Of a stretch of DNA of 64,000 nucleotides, positions 29,050-43,769 are shown one piece after another. A program made the position numbers and the translations under genes. The stretch is from Chrysomallon squamiferum. Lineage: Eukaryota > Animalia > Mollusca. Positions within the stretch are counted from its first letter, which is position 1. The number at the start of each line of letters is the position of its first letter. A model generated the notes under the pieces. The model made no database searches. It worked only from the letters and a program-made list of their open reading frames with translations, and had not been told where the DNA came from. The stretch is taken from NCBI GenBank assembly GCA_012295275.1, contig CM022669.1, positions 682,001-746,000 of the forward strand. Direction: 5' to 3'.

Positions 29050-30110
29050 TACACATTTAACATGTACTTCACACAGTTTACACATTTAACATGTACTTCA
29101 CACACACTTTACACATTTAACTTGTACTTCACACACAGGTTTACATTTAACATGTACTTCACACACAGTTTTACACATTTAACATGTTTTACACATTTAA
29201 CTTGTACTTCACACACAGTTTTACACATTTAACATGTTTTACACATTTAACTTGTACTTCACACACAGTTTACACATTTAACATGTACTTCACACACAGT
29301 TTACACATTTAACATGTACTTCACACACACAGTTTATACATTTAACATGTATTTCACACAGTTTACACATTTAACATGTACTTCACACACAGTTTACACA
29401 TTTAACATGTACTTCACACACAGTTTTACACATTTAACATGTACTTCACACACAGTTTACACATTTAACATGTACTTCACACAGTTTACACATTTAACAT
29501 GTACTTCACACACAATTTACACATTTAACATGTACTTCACACACAGTTTATACATTTAACATGTATTTCACATACACATTTTTACACATTTAACATGTAC
29601 TTCACACACAGTTTTACACATTTAACATGTACTTCACACACAGTTTTACACATTTAACATGTACTTCACACAGGTTTACACATTTTACATGTATTTCACA
29701 CACAAGTTTGTTTTACATGTATTTCACACACTGTTTTACATGTATTTCACACACACTGTTTTACATGTATTTCACACACACTGTTTTACATGTATTTCAC
29801 ACACACTGTTTGTTTTACATGTATTTCACACACACTGTTTTACATGTATTTCACACACACTGTTTTACATGTATTTCATACACTGTTTTACATGTATTTC
29901 ACACACACTGTTTTACATGTATTTCACACACACTGTTTGTTTTACATGTATTTCACACACACTGTTTTACATGTATTTCACACACAGTTTTACATGTATT
30001 TCACACACACTATTTTACATGTATTTCATACACTGTTTGTTTTACATGTATTTCACACACACTGTTTGTTTTACATGTATTTCACACACACTGTTTTACA
30101 TGTATTTCAT
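29050..30110. repeat. Two-part minisatellite abutting the splice acceptor (ttacacatttaacatgtacttcacacacagt, then ttttacatgtatttcacacacactg)
   Basis: Tandem ~30-bp units changing to ~25-bp units near 29690. Confidence 0.95.
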
Positions 30111-30446
30111 AGGTAAAATGGGTTAAGAGAAAAAAATTCATTCTTTTACAAATTGTTATTTATTTATTAAAACAAACATACAATATAAATGAAACACAGG
30201 CATGCACCATACTAGTTCCCAAGTTTATTCATTTATTTGTGAACTAGGTAAAGTGACAAATGCTCTAACAACAATCTGTGACAAATACCTCACTGAATAC
30301 TCAAATAAAATCTAACACAAAATGTGTATCTGCAGTTTTTATTCTGAATGTGATGAAACAAAAGAAAATATTCTACACAGAATGAGTTGTTTGTACTTTT
30401 CAAAGTGATGAGAAGATAACACTACACAAGTAATTTGTCTGTAAAA

Positions 30447-30534
<88 letters not shown>

Positions 30535-30639
30535 GTCTGTTACACACAGGAGACAGGCTGACACTGAGTGACACTGCAGTAATCTGGTTAGTGACTGAAT
30601 CTAGTGACTGTCTGGTTAGCATTATGTAGTGACAGCATG

Positions 30640-32618
30640 TAACACTGTGTGGTGATGTATGTAAATATAAGACTGTGTGGTGATGTGAGTATGTAAATAT
30701 AACACTGTGATGTGAGTATGTATATATAACACTGTGTGGTGATGTGAGTATGTAAATATAACACTGTGTGGTGATGTGAGTATGTAAATATAACACTGTG
30801 ATGTGAGTATGTATATATAACACTGTGTGGTGATGTGAGTATGTAAATATAACACTGTGATGTGAGTATATATATATATAACACTGTGATGTGAGTATGT
30901 AAATATAACACTGTGTGGTGATGTGAGTATGTAAATATAACACTGTGATGTGAGTATGTAAATATAACACTGTGTGGTGATGTGAGTATGTAAATATAAG
31001 ACTGTGGTGATGTGAGTATGTAAATATAAGACTGTGTGGTGATGTGAGTATGTCAATATAACACTGTGATGTGAGTATGTAAATATAACACTGTGTGGTG
31101 ATGTGAGTATGTAAATATAACACTGTGATGTGAGTATGTAAATATAACACTGTGATGTGAGTATGTCAATATAACACTGTGATGTGAGTATGTAAATATA
31201 ACACTGTGTGGTGATGTGAGTATGTAAATATAACACTGTGTGGTGATGTGAGTATGTAAATATAACACTGTGTGGTGATGTGAGAGTATGTAAATATAAC
31301 ACTGTGTGGTGATGTGAGTATGTCAATATAACACTGTGTGATGATGTGAGTATGTAAATATAACACTGTGTGATGTGAGTATGTAAATGTGTGATGTGAG
31401 TGATGTAAAATATAACACTGTGTGGATGTGATGTGATGTGAAAAAAATATAACACTGTGTGGTGATGTCAATATACATAACTGTGATGTGATGTAAAATA
31501 TAACACTGTGATGTGAGTATGTCAATATAACACTGTGTGGTGATGTGAGTATGTAAATATAACACTGATGTGAGTATGTCAATATAACACTGTGGTGATG
31601 TGAGTATGTCAATATAACACTGTGTGGTGATGTGAGTATGTAAATATAACACTGTGTGATGATGTGAGTATGTAAATATAACACTGTGATGTGAGTATGT
31701 AAATATAACACTGTGTGATGATGTGAGTATGTAAATATAACACTGTGTGGTGATGTGAGTATGTCAATATAACACTGTGTGATGATGTGAGTATGTCAAT
31801 ATAACACTGTGTGATGATGTGAGTATGTAAATATAACACTGTGTGGTGATGTGAGTATGTAAATATAACACTGTGTGGTGATGTGAGTATGTAAATATAA
31901 CACTGTGTGATGATGTGAGTATGTAAATATAACACTGTGATGTGAGTATGTAAATATAACACTGTGATGTGAGTATGTAAATATAACACTGTGATGTGAG
32001 TATGTAAATATAACACTGTGATGTGATGTATGTAAATATAACACTGTGTGGTGATGTATGTAAATATAACACTGTGTGGTGATGTGAGTATGTAAATAGA
32101 ACACTGTGATGTGAGTATATAAATATAACACTGTGATGTGAGTATGTCAATATAACACTGTGTGGTGATGTGAGTATGTAAATATAACACTGTGTGGTGA
32201 TGTGAGTATGTAAATATAACACTGTGTGATGATGTGAGTATGTAAATATAACACTGTGATGTGAGTATGTAAATATAACACTGTGTGGTGATGTGAGTAT
32301 GTAAATATAACACTGTGATGTATGTAAATATAACACTGTGATGTGAGTATGTAAATATAACACTGTGTGATGACGTGAGTATGTAAATATAACACTGTGT
32401 GATGACGTATGTAAATATAACACTGTGTGGTGATGTGAGTATGTAAATATAACACTGTGTGGTGATGTGAGTATGTAAATATAACACTGTGATGTGAGTA
32501 TGTAAATATAACACTGTGTGATGATGTGAGTATGTAAATATAACACTGTGTGATGTGAGTATGTAAATATAACACTGTGATGTGAGTATGTAAATATAAC
32601 ACTGTGATGTGAGTATGT
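30640..32618. repeat. ~2-kb minisatellite of 27/32-bp units (gatgtgagtatgtaaatataacactgt[gtggt])
   Basis: Dozens of tandem copies; source of the long HTHIT/YSHH ORFs. Confidence 0.97.
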
Positions 32619-33501
32619 ACTGGACAGTTTATTTTTGAAACTCCTCTGGGCCAAATGGTTTAATCTTTGTATTGATTTGTGATCTGCTGGAGGACAGTCT
32701 TGTTAGACAGAAGAAACTCGTTTTTAACTCTCTGTTCTTTGATTTGAAAAAGTGTTTGTTTTGAACAGAAATATAATTAACAAAGAAGAAAATTGGATTT
32801 AAAAGAAGCAGAGTTCAGAGTTGTTAGCATGCTAAGTGTGCATTGATCACAGAAAGCAGCTGATTGTAGTCACTAACTGTGACACTAGACTACAACTTCA
32901 CATTTCACAAATGTAATAAACAAACATCATAGACATTATAAGTGACAAAATTAAAGGTGTCGCTGTCAGTAAATTTAAAAACAAAATTCAAACGCAAATT
33001 ACACTTTACAGTTATTAAACATTTCAGGCTCTGGAAGTATTATTTATATCCTACAGTTCAGAGTGAAATGTTTTCCAACACCAAACGAAAATATTTATTT
33101 CTTTAAAACTTGTGTTCCAAGCATCACCTCATTCTGACAGTTTATGTACACACCTGTGACAGGTGAAAGAGAAACAGGTACAGGTGTGTGCTTTAATCAG
33201 CTTGTTCCACTGTGATAAACTGATGTTTGTGTTTAACGTTTATCTACACCCAGTCCCCTGGCAGTTTGTTCTCTGGGATGAAATTACCACCAGACGCAGC
33301 CTGCTGCCTGCAGAGATAACGTTTCAGAAACAAGTAGAGAAATGTAGAAAACGTTATTATAAAATGAAAACTGTGGTAAAATGTTTTACTGTTTTTAGTT
33401 TAGAGAACTGGTAGGTTGTAGGATCACTTCTCATCAGAGTTGTGTTTGCCTGCTCCAGTCAGTGACACACAGGTTGAAACCTGCTGGACTCTGAGTTAAA
33501 A

Positions 33502-33962
33502 ACGAGTGGATTTCACACTGTGCTAGTGCGAGTGGATTTCACACTGTGCTAGTACGAGTGGATTTCACACTGTGCTAATACGAGTGGATTTCAGAATTTG
33601 CTAGTACGAGTGGATTTCACACTGTGCTAGTACGAGTGGATTTCACACTGTGCTAGTACGAGTGGATTTCACACTGTGCTAGTACGAGTGGATTTCACAC
33701 TGTGCTAGTACGAGTGGATTTCACACTGTGCTAGTATGAGTGGATTTCACACTGTGCTAGTATGAGTGGATTTCACACTGTGCTAGTAATGAAGTGGATT
33801 TCACACTGTGCTAGTACGAAAGTGGATTTCACACTGTGCTAGTAACGAGTGGATTTCACACTGTGCTAGCACACTGTGCTAGTACGAGTGGATTTCACAC
33901 TGTGCTAGTATGAGTGGATTTCACACTGTGCTAGTATGAGTGGATTTCACACTGTGCTAGTA
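33502..33962. repeat. 26-bp minisatellite (acgagtggatttcacactgtgctagt), ~17 copies
   Basis: Direct tandem copies with no spacers. Confidence 0.97.
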
Positions 33963-34161
33963 CATGAAAAGAAAAGTAATAAAAAACATTCCCAGCTCCT
34001 TTCATCAGTTTTTAAACAGACAGTTATGCTCATTGATTTTTTCGTTTAACTTATGGAATGACTCACGTATTATTCATGAATATTCATGACTGCAAAACTG
34101 ATTATTGGCAAAGACAGCACATTTATGTCTGTGAATGTGTGTTTGAATTTACGTATGTATA

Positions 34162-34193
<32 letters not shown>

Positions 34194-34326
34194 ATCACAA
34201 TAAAAACAGGCTTACATCTAAATTTATTACGAACTTCCAATAATCAATTTAAAATTAAGATTTAACATTAAATTCTGTTAGGAACCATTTTTGATAGAAT
34301 CTCTCTCTATGTATATGTGTATGTTT

Positions 34327-34439
<113 letters not shown>

Positions 34440-34645
34440 ACTTATTTTTACTGATCACACTGTACAGAAGAAAACTAGTTATCTACACACAAACACACAA
34501 ACACACACACACACACACAGATACACACACACTCACCCATACAACACACACACATACACACAAATACACACAAACACACACACACATACATACACAGATA
34601 CACACACACTCACCATACAACACACACACATACACACACACACAA

Positions 34646-34730
<85 letters not shown>

Positions 34731-36438
34731 TTTTACTAATAAAACCCACATTGTTATTGCTCAGCATAATTTTGATATTTTTAGTTCTCCAGACGTGACT
34801 CGCATTTTTAACAAACAAAATTCAAAGCTAGAATAAAATGAATGTTGTCAATATTCAACACTGACATGTTTACAATAATATCTACATTCTGACTGGTTAG
34901 TGTTTAAGAACATAAGTCTAGACCGACCAATCAGAAATCTTGTTATTTACCAGAGACTAGAAGATAATGAATATTATTAAATATATTTGTGTTAAAGTGG
35001 CACGAAACTGAGTGTGATTGATTTTGTTGTGTAAAATTATTTTTATTTGTGTCTCAAAAGCTTTTATTCTGTGACCTGTCTTAGTTTTAGTTATATATAA
35101 TTAATAATGAAAATAATAAAAATAAAATATTTATGTCAAACAAAGAAAAAAAAAAGAAAGAAATATGTTTGAGTGGATTTGTATGTGTTTGTGTGCATGT
35201 GTGTATGTGTTTGTATTTTTATCTGCACAAGTGTATGTGTGTATGTTTGTATTTGTATCTGCATGTATGCTTGTATTTGTATTTGTATCTGCATGTGTGT
35301 ATGTGTTTGTGAGTATGTTTTTGCATGTGTGTGTGTCTGTGTATGAGTGTGTGTGTGTGTGTCTCTATGTGCTGTCTGCATGTCAGTGTGTGCAAGGAAA
35401 TTTTAAAATTTCCAACAAAATTAAATTATGATGGATATATATATATTTTTTGAAATCTTACAAACAAACAAACTTACCACATCTTTTGTTAAAGCAACAA
35501 AAACAGAACATGGGCTGTTAGTTTTACACTTCCATTTTGAGTTCTGCATTGAGTCTGAACTCACAGAATGAGTTAATTCACTCACAATGAACCGAGAAAA
35601 TAGAAATAGCTTACTTTGTGTTCTGTGACCCATTCTGTGAAAATATACGTGAAGTATATTAATTTGAAATGCTTAGTTCATTAAAAAAATAATAATTTTT
35701 AAAAATAATAATAAACCAAAAAAAAAAAAAAAAAAAACAAATAATACTATACAGCATAATAAATAAATGAAATGAGATAAATAAATAAATATAAAAAGAA
35801 AAATAGAAAATGTAAAATCGTTCCTGTGTTAGTTAGCTCACAATACAGTTGTTGTATTTTATTTTAAACTCAATCACAGATCCTGGTGTTTAGTTTTACT
35901 TACTAAATCACAACATTCAGCATTTTCACATACAGCAGAAACACAGAGTATACAATTATCAAAAAACACAAACACCTGAAGTCAAAACTGCCCCCACCAA
36001 AAAAAAAAAATTGAAAAATAAAATAAAATAAATAAACATAATCAATTAATAAAAAAATAATAAATAATAAATTAATATAAAAATATAAAAATAAACAAGT
36101 ACAAAAAACAAAAAACAAAAAAAAAAAAACATCAAGAAAAAAATCAAAAAACACCCACAACAAAATAAATAAAAGTAAATGAAAAGAAATAAAAATATCC
36201 ACCACAAAAGTACATAGTAGCTACTTCTCTGGACTGACTTACGTACATTTTTTTGAAAGGGGTCACAATTAAAAAGCTGTGTAGAAGTACTACCTGTGTG
36301 TTGTGTTATCTGTTTGTAAACAAAGGTTTCGTGTTACTGCTGTTATGAGCACTGTACAAGATAACAGATGACAGACTTTATTAATATAACAACCAGCTGA
36401 GGTAAACACAGCAGCAGACTTAGACTTTTGTTGGAAGC

Positions 36439-36443
<5 letters not shown>

Positions 36444-36472
<29 letters not shown>

Positions 36473-36535
36473 AAACACAAACACAGACACACACTAACAC
36501 ACACAGACACACTACACACACACACACAGACTAAC

Positions 36536-36570
<35 letters not shown>

Positions 36571-37270
36571 ACACACACTAACACACACACACACTAACAC
36601 ACACAACACACACAGACTACACACTAACACACACACACAACACACACACTAACACAACACACAGACACACACTAAAAACACACACACACACACAAACACA
36701 CAGACTACACACACACTCACACACACAAAACACACAAACACACACACACTAACACACACACGACACACTAAAACACACTACACACTAACACACATACAGC
36801 CTACACACTAACACACACAGACACACACACTAACACACACACACACTAACACACACACACACACACTAACACACATACTACACACTAACACACACATTAA
36901 CACACAGACTACACACTAACAGACACACACACTAACACACAGACAGACACACACTAACAAACACACACAGACACACAGACATAACACACTAATACACACA
37001 AACACAGACAGACTACACACTAACACACAGACACACATGCACTAACAGACACACAAACTAACACACACACAGACATACACACTAAAACACACAGACACAC
37101 ACTAATACACACACAGAGACAGACACACACACAACAAACACACACACAGACACACACTAACACACACAGACAGATATACACACTAACACACACAGAGACA
37201 TACTACACACTAACACACACAGACACACAGACAAACACACACACACACTAATGTACACACACAGACAGAC
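36444..37270. repeat. Degenerate (CA)n/ACACTA compound microsatellite
   Basis: Low-complexity CA-rich tract. Confidence 0.9.
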
Positions 37271-38067
37271 ATCTGGACTACATGTATGAGCTAACTGCAG
37301 ACTGTTATCAGCTGATGTTATTTCTTTTTTTGAAGTTTGTTTATTTTTATTATATAACTGTGTTTCAGGGATTACTTTATAACAAAAAAAAAAAAAAAAA
37401 TAATAATAATAATAATAAAATAAAATAAGAAACAGAAATCCTCCTCCCAAAAAAAAAAAAAAAAAAAAAAACCACTCTAGAAAACTAAAAACATAATGAT
37501 AATTAAAAATTAAAAATTAAACAAACCAAAAAAAGTAGACATTTTTATTGCTATTTTTAAATACTTTTGATTCACAGCATGCTGTTATTACTGATGTTAT
37601 AAATAATGTAACAATTTTTCATGTTTAACAATTTTTCAAAAAAAGTACACTTACACAGAATAAAATGAACATTTGATATACTTAGCACAGTAAATATTTC
37701 ATGGTTTTTCTTTCAATCTTAGAAAAAATAAAAATAAAAGATATTTTTTTATTTATCTTGATTTATGTCTACTACTGAAAATCAGTACACGTGTGTAACT
37801 GTGTGTCACACAACACAATGACAGACACAAATTTCACTCATTTTTAAAATTGTTTTTAAATTAGATCACTGTGAGTCACTGTGTCTGTGGGTGTTTGGAC
37901 AGTTTTCTGAATGTAAAACAGTTTAAACATCACAAACTTCACTGACAGAACCAAAACAAGCAAGTCTACAACATCTGCTCAAAACACAAACTGAACATTA
38001 ATTTACCACATCAGTTCATTTGTTTATCTATTTATCGCTCTGTTTATTTATTTATTTATATTTATAT

Positions 38068-38098
<31 letters not shown>

Positions 38099-39399
38099 TC
38101 TTTTTATTTATTTATTTATTTATTTATCTCTCTATTTATTTATTTATTTATTAATTAATTTATTTATTTATTCAAAAACATCAACAAGAAATAAACTAAA
38201 TTTCAACATTAAACAATTAGCATCTTTTTTGTTCTTTCTTTTTCAAGAGCATCTGTTTTCTTTCTGATCTTGAAATTACAAAACTTCTTTAAGACAAATT
38301 AAAATTTAAGATATATAAAACTTTTTTCTTCAAGAACATCCATATGTGATTCAGTCTTGTCTAACAGCTGTCTAATTTTACATCACCCCCACCCACCCCT
38401 CACTTTCTGCTGCTGTTTTTCCTGTGTGTGACACATACAGTCTGACTTCAGTTAATAATTAATGATGAACAAATGTCACTGACAACTCTCCTGTTTTAGC
38501 TACAGGTGACAAAGTGTGTGTTTACTCTAAGTGTGTGTGTGTGTACACTAAGTGTGTGTGTGTACTCTAAGTGTGTGTGTGTACACTACGTGACACCATT
38601 GTTACGTTCTAATTTGTTACTTTATACTTTACTGAACAAAATTCAACATGTAAAGTAGATAAAGAATTTACAGAGTATGTATCAAAAAATATAATAATAA
38701 AAACAATTAAATTAAAATTAAAGAATAAGTAAATAAAAAAGTAATAGTAATGATGATGATAATATAATAATAATAATAATATAATAATGGCAAATGTATG
38801 AAGATACTCAAAATAATAAATTTCACACTGAATGACAATACCATCATACATACTGAGATTGGTAACATTTTAATGTTTATATAAAATGCAAAGCAATAAT
38901 CACACATCAGATCGATTCCATAGAAAATACAAAACAATACAGAGACATACATACTGAGCCACATACACATATACACATAGAAAAATACACACACAGACAC
39001 ACTGACACACACACATACACACACATATATTATTTCCAACTGTTCTTTGTTAATTAAATTTTAAAATCTGACACTGTTCTTTATCCTTTCAAATTTATTT
39101 ACTTGATTTACTTTTTCAGTCATTAAAAAGACAAGTTTGGAATCAGATTACTGCAGCTTTCACACTAATGGACAGTGAAAAACAGACTGAATTATTAAAA
39201 CAATAAATAACAATTTGCAGCGAGAATTAGAGACAGTAAGATCATCAAAGTCGTCCAAGTGTGAAAAAGTGCAGTCATGTGTGCAAAATAACAAGAAAAT
39301 GACGTATCTGTGTTAGAGTGAAGTCAGATGATAAAGGAATCATCAACTGTTCATCAAACACAGAGATATCTTCACTTTGTCTTTGACAAGCTTAATTAC

Positions 39400-39865
39400 T
39401 CAGAGATAACAAGTTGAATCACAGAGATAACAAATTGAATCACAGAGACAAGTTGAATCACAGAGATAACAAACTGAATCACAGATATAACAAGTTGAAT
39501 CACAGAGATAACAAACTGAATCACAGATAACTAGTTGAATCAAAGTGATAACAAGTTGAATAACAGAGACAAGTTGAATCACAGAGATAACAAACTGAAT
39601 CACAGATATAACAAGTTGAATCACGAAGATAACAAACTGAATTAGGAAGATAACTAATTGAATCAAAGATAATAAGTTGAATCAAAGAGACAAGTTGAAT
39701 CAATTTGAAACAAACAATCACAGATAAACAAGCTGAATCAAAGAGATAACAGTTTGAAACACAGACAGCAAGCTGAATCAGAGATAACAATTTGAAACAC
39801 AGAGATAACAAACTGAATCACAGAGATAACAAGTTGAATTGAAGATAACAAGTTGAAACATAGAG
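39400..39865. repeat. 21-bp minisatellite (cacagagataacaagttgaat)
   Basis: Tandem units with variants. Confidence 0.93.
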
Positions 39866-41520
39866 AAAGCAGGTGAAACAAATTGTTATTTTTGCTCACA
39901 GAGATAATGAATAAAAACTGTCAATTTTTTCTGAGATTGAAACCACTGACAGCTGGATCAATCCTCCTGACTGTCTCCTAGACTACATCCAGTTCCAGTT
40001 AGCTAAATATCAAACAACACTGGTGATGACAGAAAATATCTTTTCTGTATTAATAATAAACAGTGATAACTTGCTTCCTCCTTACTAATCAGAATCACTA
40101 GAAAATTCAGAAAAACAACTGGTAACACAAAAATAAGGTTACATTTACCATTAATGAATATTTGTTTATTAACATTATTTAATGACAGTACATGAACATT
40201 TGACCTTGACCTTTCTCGTATGAACTATTAGCATGATCTCTTTAACAGACATGGGGTACAAGCTGGAACGTGATTTTATTTGCAACTTTTAACAAGGGTT
40301 ACATACTGGGACAGGAAAGAGTCATTGTGCTGCTATTAACTGATTATGTTTCTTTTTCAAATTCCACTTTTGTTGGTCTACGGCAAAAATACAAATGGAA
40401 AAGGAGTGACAGACATTCAGATAGTGAGAAAGAGATACAGACAGTTAGAAAGAGATACAGACAGACAGAAGCTCTATAACTTTTTTTTTTTTTATTAGTT
40501 AAAAAGAAGGGAAAAGAAATAAAGAAAGAAAAGAGCAATTTAAAATACACCCCCTCATACATGACACAAAAATCAATTGTTTTTAATTTTCATTCTGTGT
40601 AATCTTTAAGAACTTTGTCCTGGACTCATACATAAGCTAATCCTATCTGTTATCTCTACTCAGTTTTAATCACTGTTTACAAGAGTGGTCCAGTCATGAT
40701 TTAGTTTTACTTCTAGGTGTATTCAGTTACTGTGATGTCCAAGGTTCCACTCTGTCAGACTGTGGGTTTGTTTACAGGCTATTTTCAGATTGGGCAATCC
40801 ATAATCAGTGTGGGACTTAGATTGTGTTTAATTAATCCATTATATCTGATTACAAGACATTCTCTCACTTCAAATGTCAGTGACCTCTGATAGTAAACTG
40901 AATGAGAATGAATGAAAGAGAAAACCAGTGAAGAGGGGAAAAGTAAAATAAACAAAATATGAAAATCTCTCTATCTATTTATTTATTTATTTATTTATTT
41001 ATTCAAAAACATCAACAAGAAATATTTGATATGTTAATGGAAATTTTGATTGTCAAAGAAAATCTTTGACATTAAATCAAAATGTTATTATATCTTAAAA
41101 AACAAAAGTCATTGTGTCTTATAAAAAATAAATAAAAAAGTACAAGAGAAAAAAGATTTGAATGTATAAAATGAACAGAAAGAAAAAAAATATGACAATG
41201 CTAATTACATTTCTTATCTTCATAAATATTCAATAAGAATGTGTCAGTGTGTATTCTATTTCAAAATAAATGTTAAAAAAAAATCATTTGTTTGAACTTG
41301 AGGTTTAACTGAGAGGAAATTCACTAGATGTTTGAAATCAATCACTGTGAGAATGAACTGACTAGATAAACACACACTGGTTCAGCTCAGTTTTACTTCT
41401 TCCACAAACTGGAATAATACCATCTCTCTCTCTTGTTCTTTTTTCTTCTCTCTTTCTTTCCTTTTCTCTGTCTTACTTTCTTCATATCTCTCTATCTCAG
41501 TCTTGTTCTCTGTATATATC

Positions 41521-41580
<60 letters not shown>

Positions 41581-42149
41581 GTAAATATACACACATATTC
41601 ACACAACTGACATATACATATTCAATAAGTGCTATGTGAAAGGGTTTTGTTTTTAAATTATTATTGACTTTTAAAGTATCTCAGACAGACAGAATCAAAT
41701 CAAGTTTATTTCTTTACCAAACATAACATTGAAAAATGAACACTTTCAGACTGGTACAAATGAAATGTTTTCATTTAAGTTTCCAGTTCATCCTTACAAT
41801 CTTAAAACTTATTTTCAATCACTAACACAAAGTAGCCAGATTTTCATCAAAACACACAACTAAGAAACTCTAAAGATTTACAACTTCCAAAGCGTATTAT
41901 GAATATAATCATCTTTACTTTTAATAAAAACTCTACATCAGAAATATGTTTAATAAAGTAATTAAAATTGTTTTCATTTTCATTTACCAGTACTGTTCTT
42001 CTCCTTATCAAATGTTTTAATTTTTGGTTGCTATGGTTACCACACAGATTATTAAGAGGCCAGTTTGACTTTGAACTAACAAATAACTGTTCAAAGTAAC
42101 ACATGCTGAACTCCTCACCCCCCCTCCAGAAAATACTCAACTAGTAGAA

Positions 42150-42690
42150 AACATTAAACAGACATTTGAACTAAGATAACATTAAATAGACATTTAAACT
42201 AAGATAACATTAAACAGACATTTGAACTACATAATATTAGGCATCTGAACTGAAATAATATTAAACACATTTGAGCTAAAATAATACTGAACAGACATTT
42301 GAACTAAAATAAGATTAAACAGACATTTGAACTGAGATAATATTGAACAGCTATTTGAACTAAGATAATACTAAATATTTGAAGTGTAATAAATTTGAAC
42401 TTAAAACAGACATTTGAACTGAAATATTAAACAGACATTTAAACAGAGAAAATGTTGAACTGACATTTGAACTGAGATAATGTTAAACATTTGAACTGAA
42501 ATTTAAATTGAATGTAAACTGAGATAATGTTAAACAGACATTTAAACTAAGAAAATGTTGAACTGAAGACAACTGAGATAATATTAAATATATTTGAACA
42601 AAAATAATGTTAAACAGACATTTTAACTGAGATAATAATATCAAAAGACATGTGAACTAAGACAATGATAAACAGACATTTGAACTGAAA
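42150..42690. repeat. Degenerate 28-bp minisatellite (attaaacagacatttgaactaagataac)
   Basis: Tandem units. Confidence 0.9.
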
Positions 42691-43627
42691 AAAACAGTAA
42701 ACTTTCTGAATGTAGTAATCATGTACATCTTGATAAAACAGTTATTTGTAGAAGACATCCAACCTTTTAAAACTGGAGATAAAACTTCACAAACTGGTAT
42801 GAAAAAACAAGTATTTACAAGGGAAATCAAACACGACTGCTGATTGATTAGCAAACACGTAGTTAATTGTTTTCAGACTTCATTAGTCATTTGGTCGGTG
42901 TAACCTTGGTTATTTTGATCCCCTGGTTCAAGACGCTGGCAAACACAAAGATATGTGTATAGTGAGAACCTGTGTAGTTTATTCCACTGCATATACATCA
43001 CATTAATCTCAGACACACATCTGTATCATTGAACACATACAAACCTGGAAAGCAAACTAGAACACTGCAAGCTGAAAGAGATTACACAAACTGGTGAAGC
43101 TACTAGAAAATAACTGTAAAGTTCTGAGTAATGAATGAGCCCATCTCCAGTATTCTGTAATAACAGTGAAAAATCATCTATATGTAGAACATAGAAGAGA
43201 GAAAAAATAATGGATATTGAGATGAAAATTCATTATTGTAATTTTTATACAATGTTTTATTTTATTTTATTGATGATTTGAATACTCCATATTAATTATT
43301 TTATTAACTTGTTTTTTTTTTTTTTGTTTTCTGTTTGTAAAACATAACAAAATCACGCCAGGAAATTCTCCTTCACTGGCCAAAGCACAAGACATTTCTG
43401 ACAGTTTTATTAAATAGCAATTTTAGAAAAAAAAGAATTATATACTAAATTATATTGTTAGTCTGAAAAATTTCAGTTTTTTTCTTCAGTTTGCAACTAT
43501 CCTTTCCTTCACTCTAACACACAAACACACACACTCACTCACACAAACAAACAAACACACACACACACACACACAAACATACATACAAACACAAATACAT
43601 AAACCCACAGAGAAAAACGAGGGAAAG

Positions 43628-43670
<43 letters not shown>

Positions 43671-43724
43671 TAGAAACAGAGAGAGACAGAGAGACACTTA
43701 CATGAGTGTTTTTGTCAGACTCAC

Positions 43725-43769
43725 CTCTGTCGGGAAGTTCGTATCGCAGCATGAACCGGCACCACCCAT
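43725..43769 (-). CDS. Candidate alternative first coding exon of the MYORG-like gene: MGGAGSCCDTNFPTE
   Basis: Consensus donor GAG|gtgagt at 43725 in phase 0. ATG in strong context (aacATGG) at 43769. The segment is locally CpG/GC-rich and non-repetitive inside a CpG-poor intron. Confidence 0.5.

Noticed and set aside
29023-29085. ORF-track N-terminus MCKLCEVHVK... of the 670-aa ORF
   Set aside because: It lies in intron and satellite sequence upstream of a clear acceptor; the real start is in an upstream exon.
30422-32654. Long ORFs of up to 301 aa rich in H/Y/I/T
   Set aside because: They are translations of a 27/32-bp minisatellite and are open in several frames.
33288-33307. Possible minus-strand 20-nt exon (tctctgcag|...|gtaatt)
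   Set aside because: It is not frame-preserving and has no other support; it could only be a poison exon.
33502-33962. 26-bp repeats with a weakly palindromic core resembling a CRISPR array
   Set aside because: The units are head-to-tail with no unique spacers, there are no cas genes, and the context is a eukaryotic intron.
38128-38195. Short match to 40966-41023 (tatttattcaaaaacatcaacaagaaata)
   Set aside because: It is mostly microsatellite with only ~25 unique bases, too short to classify.
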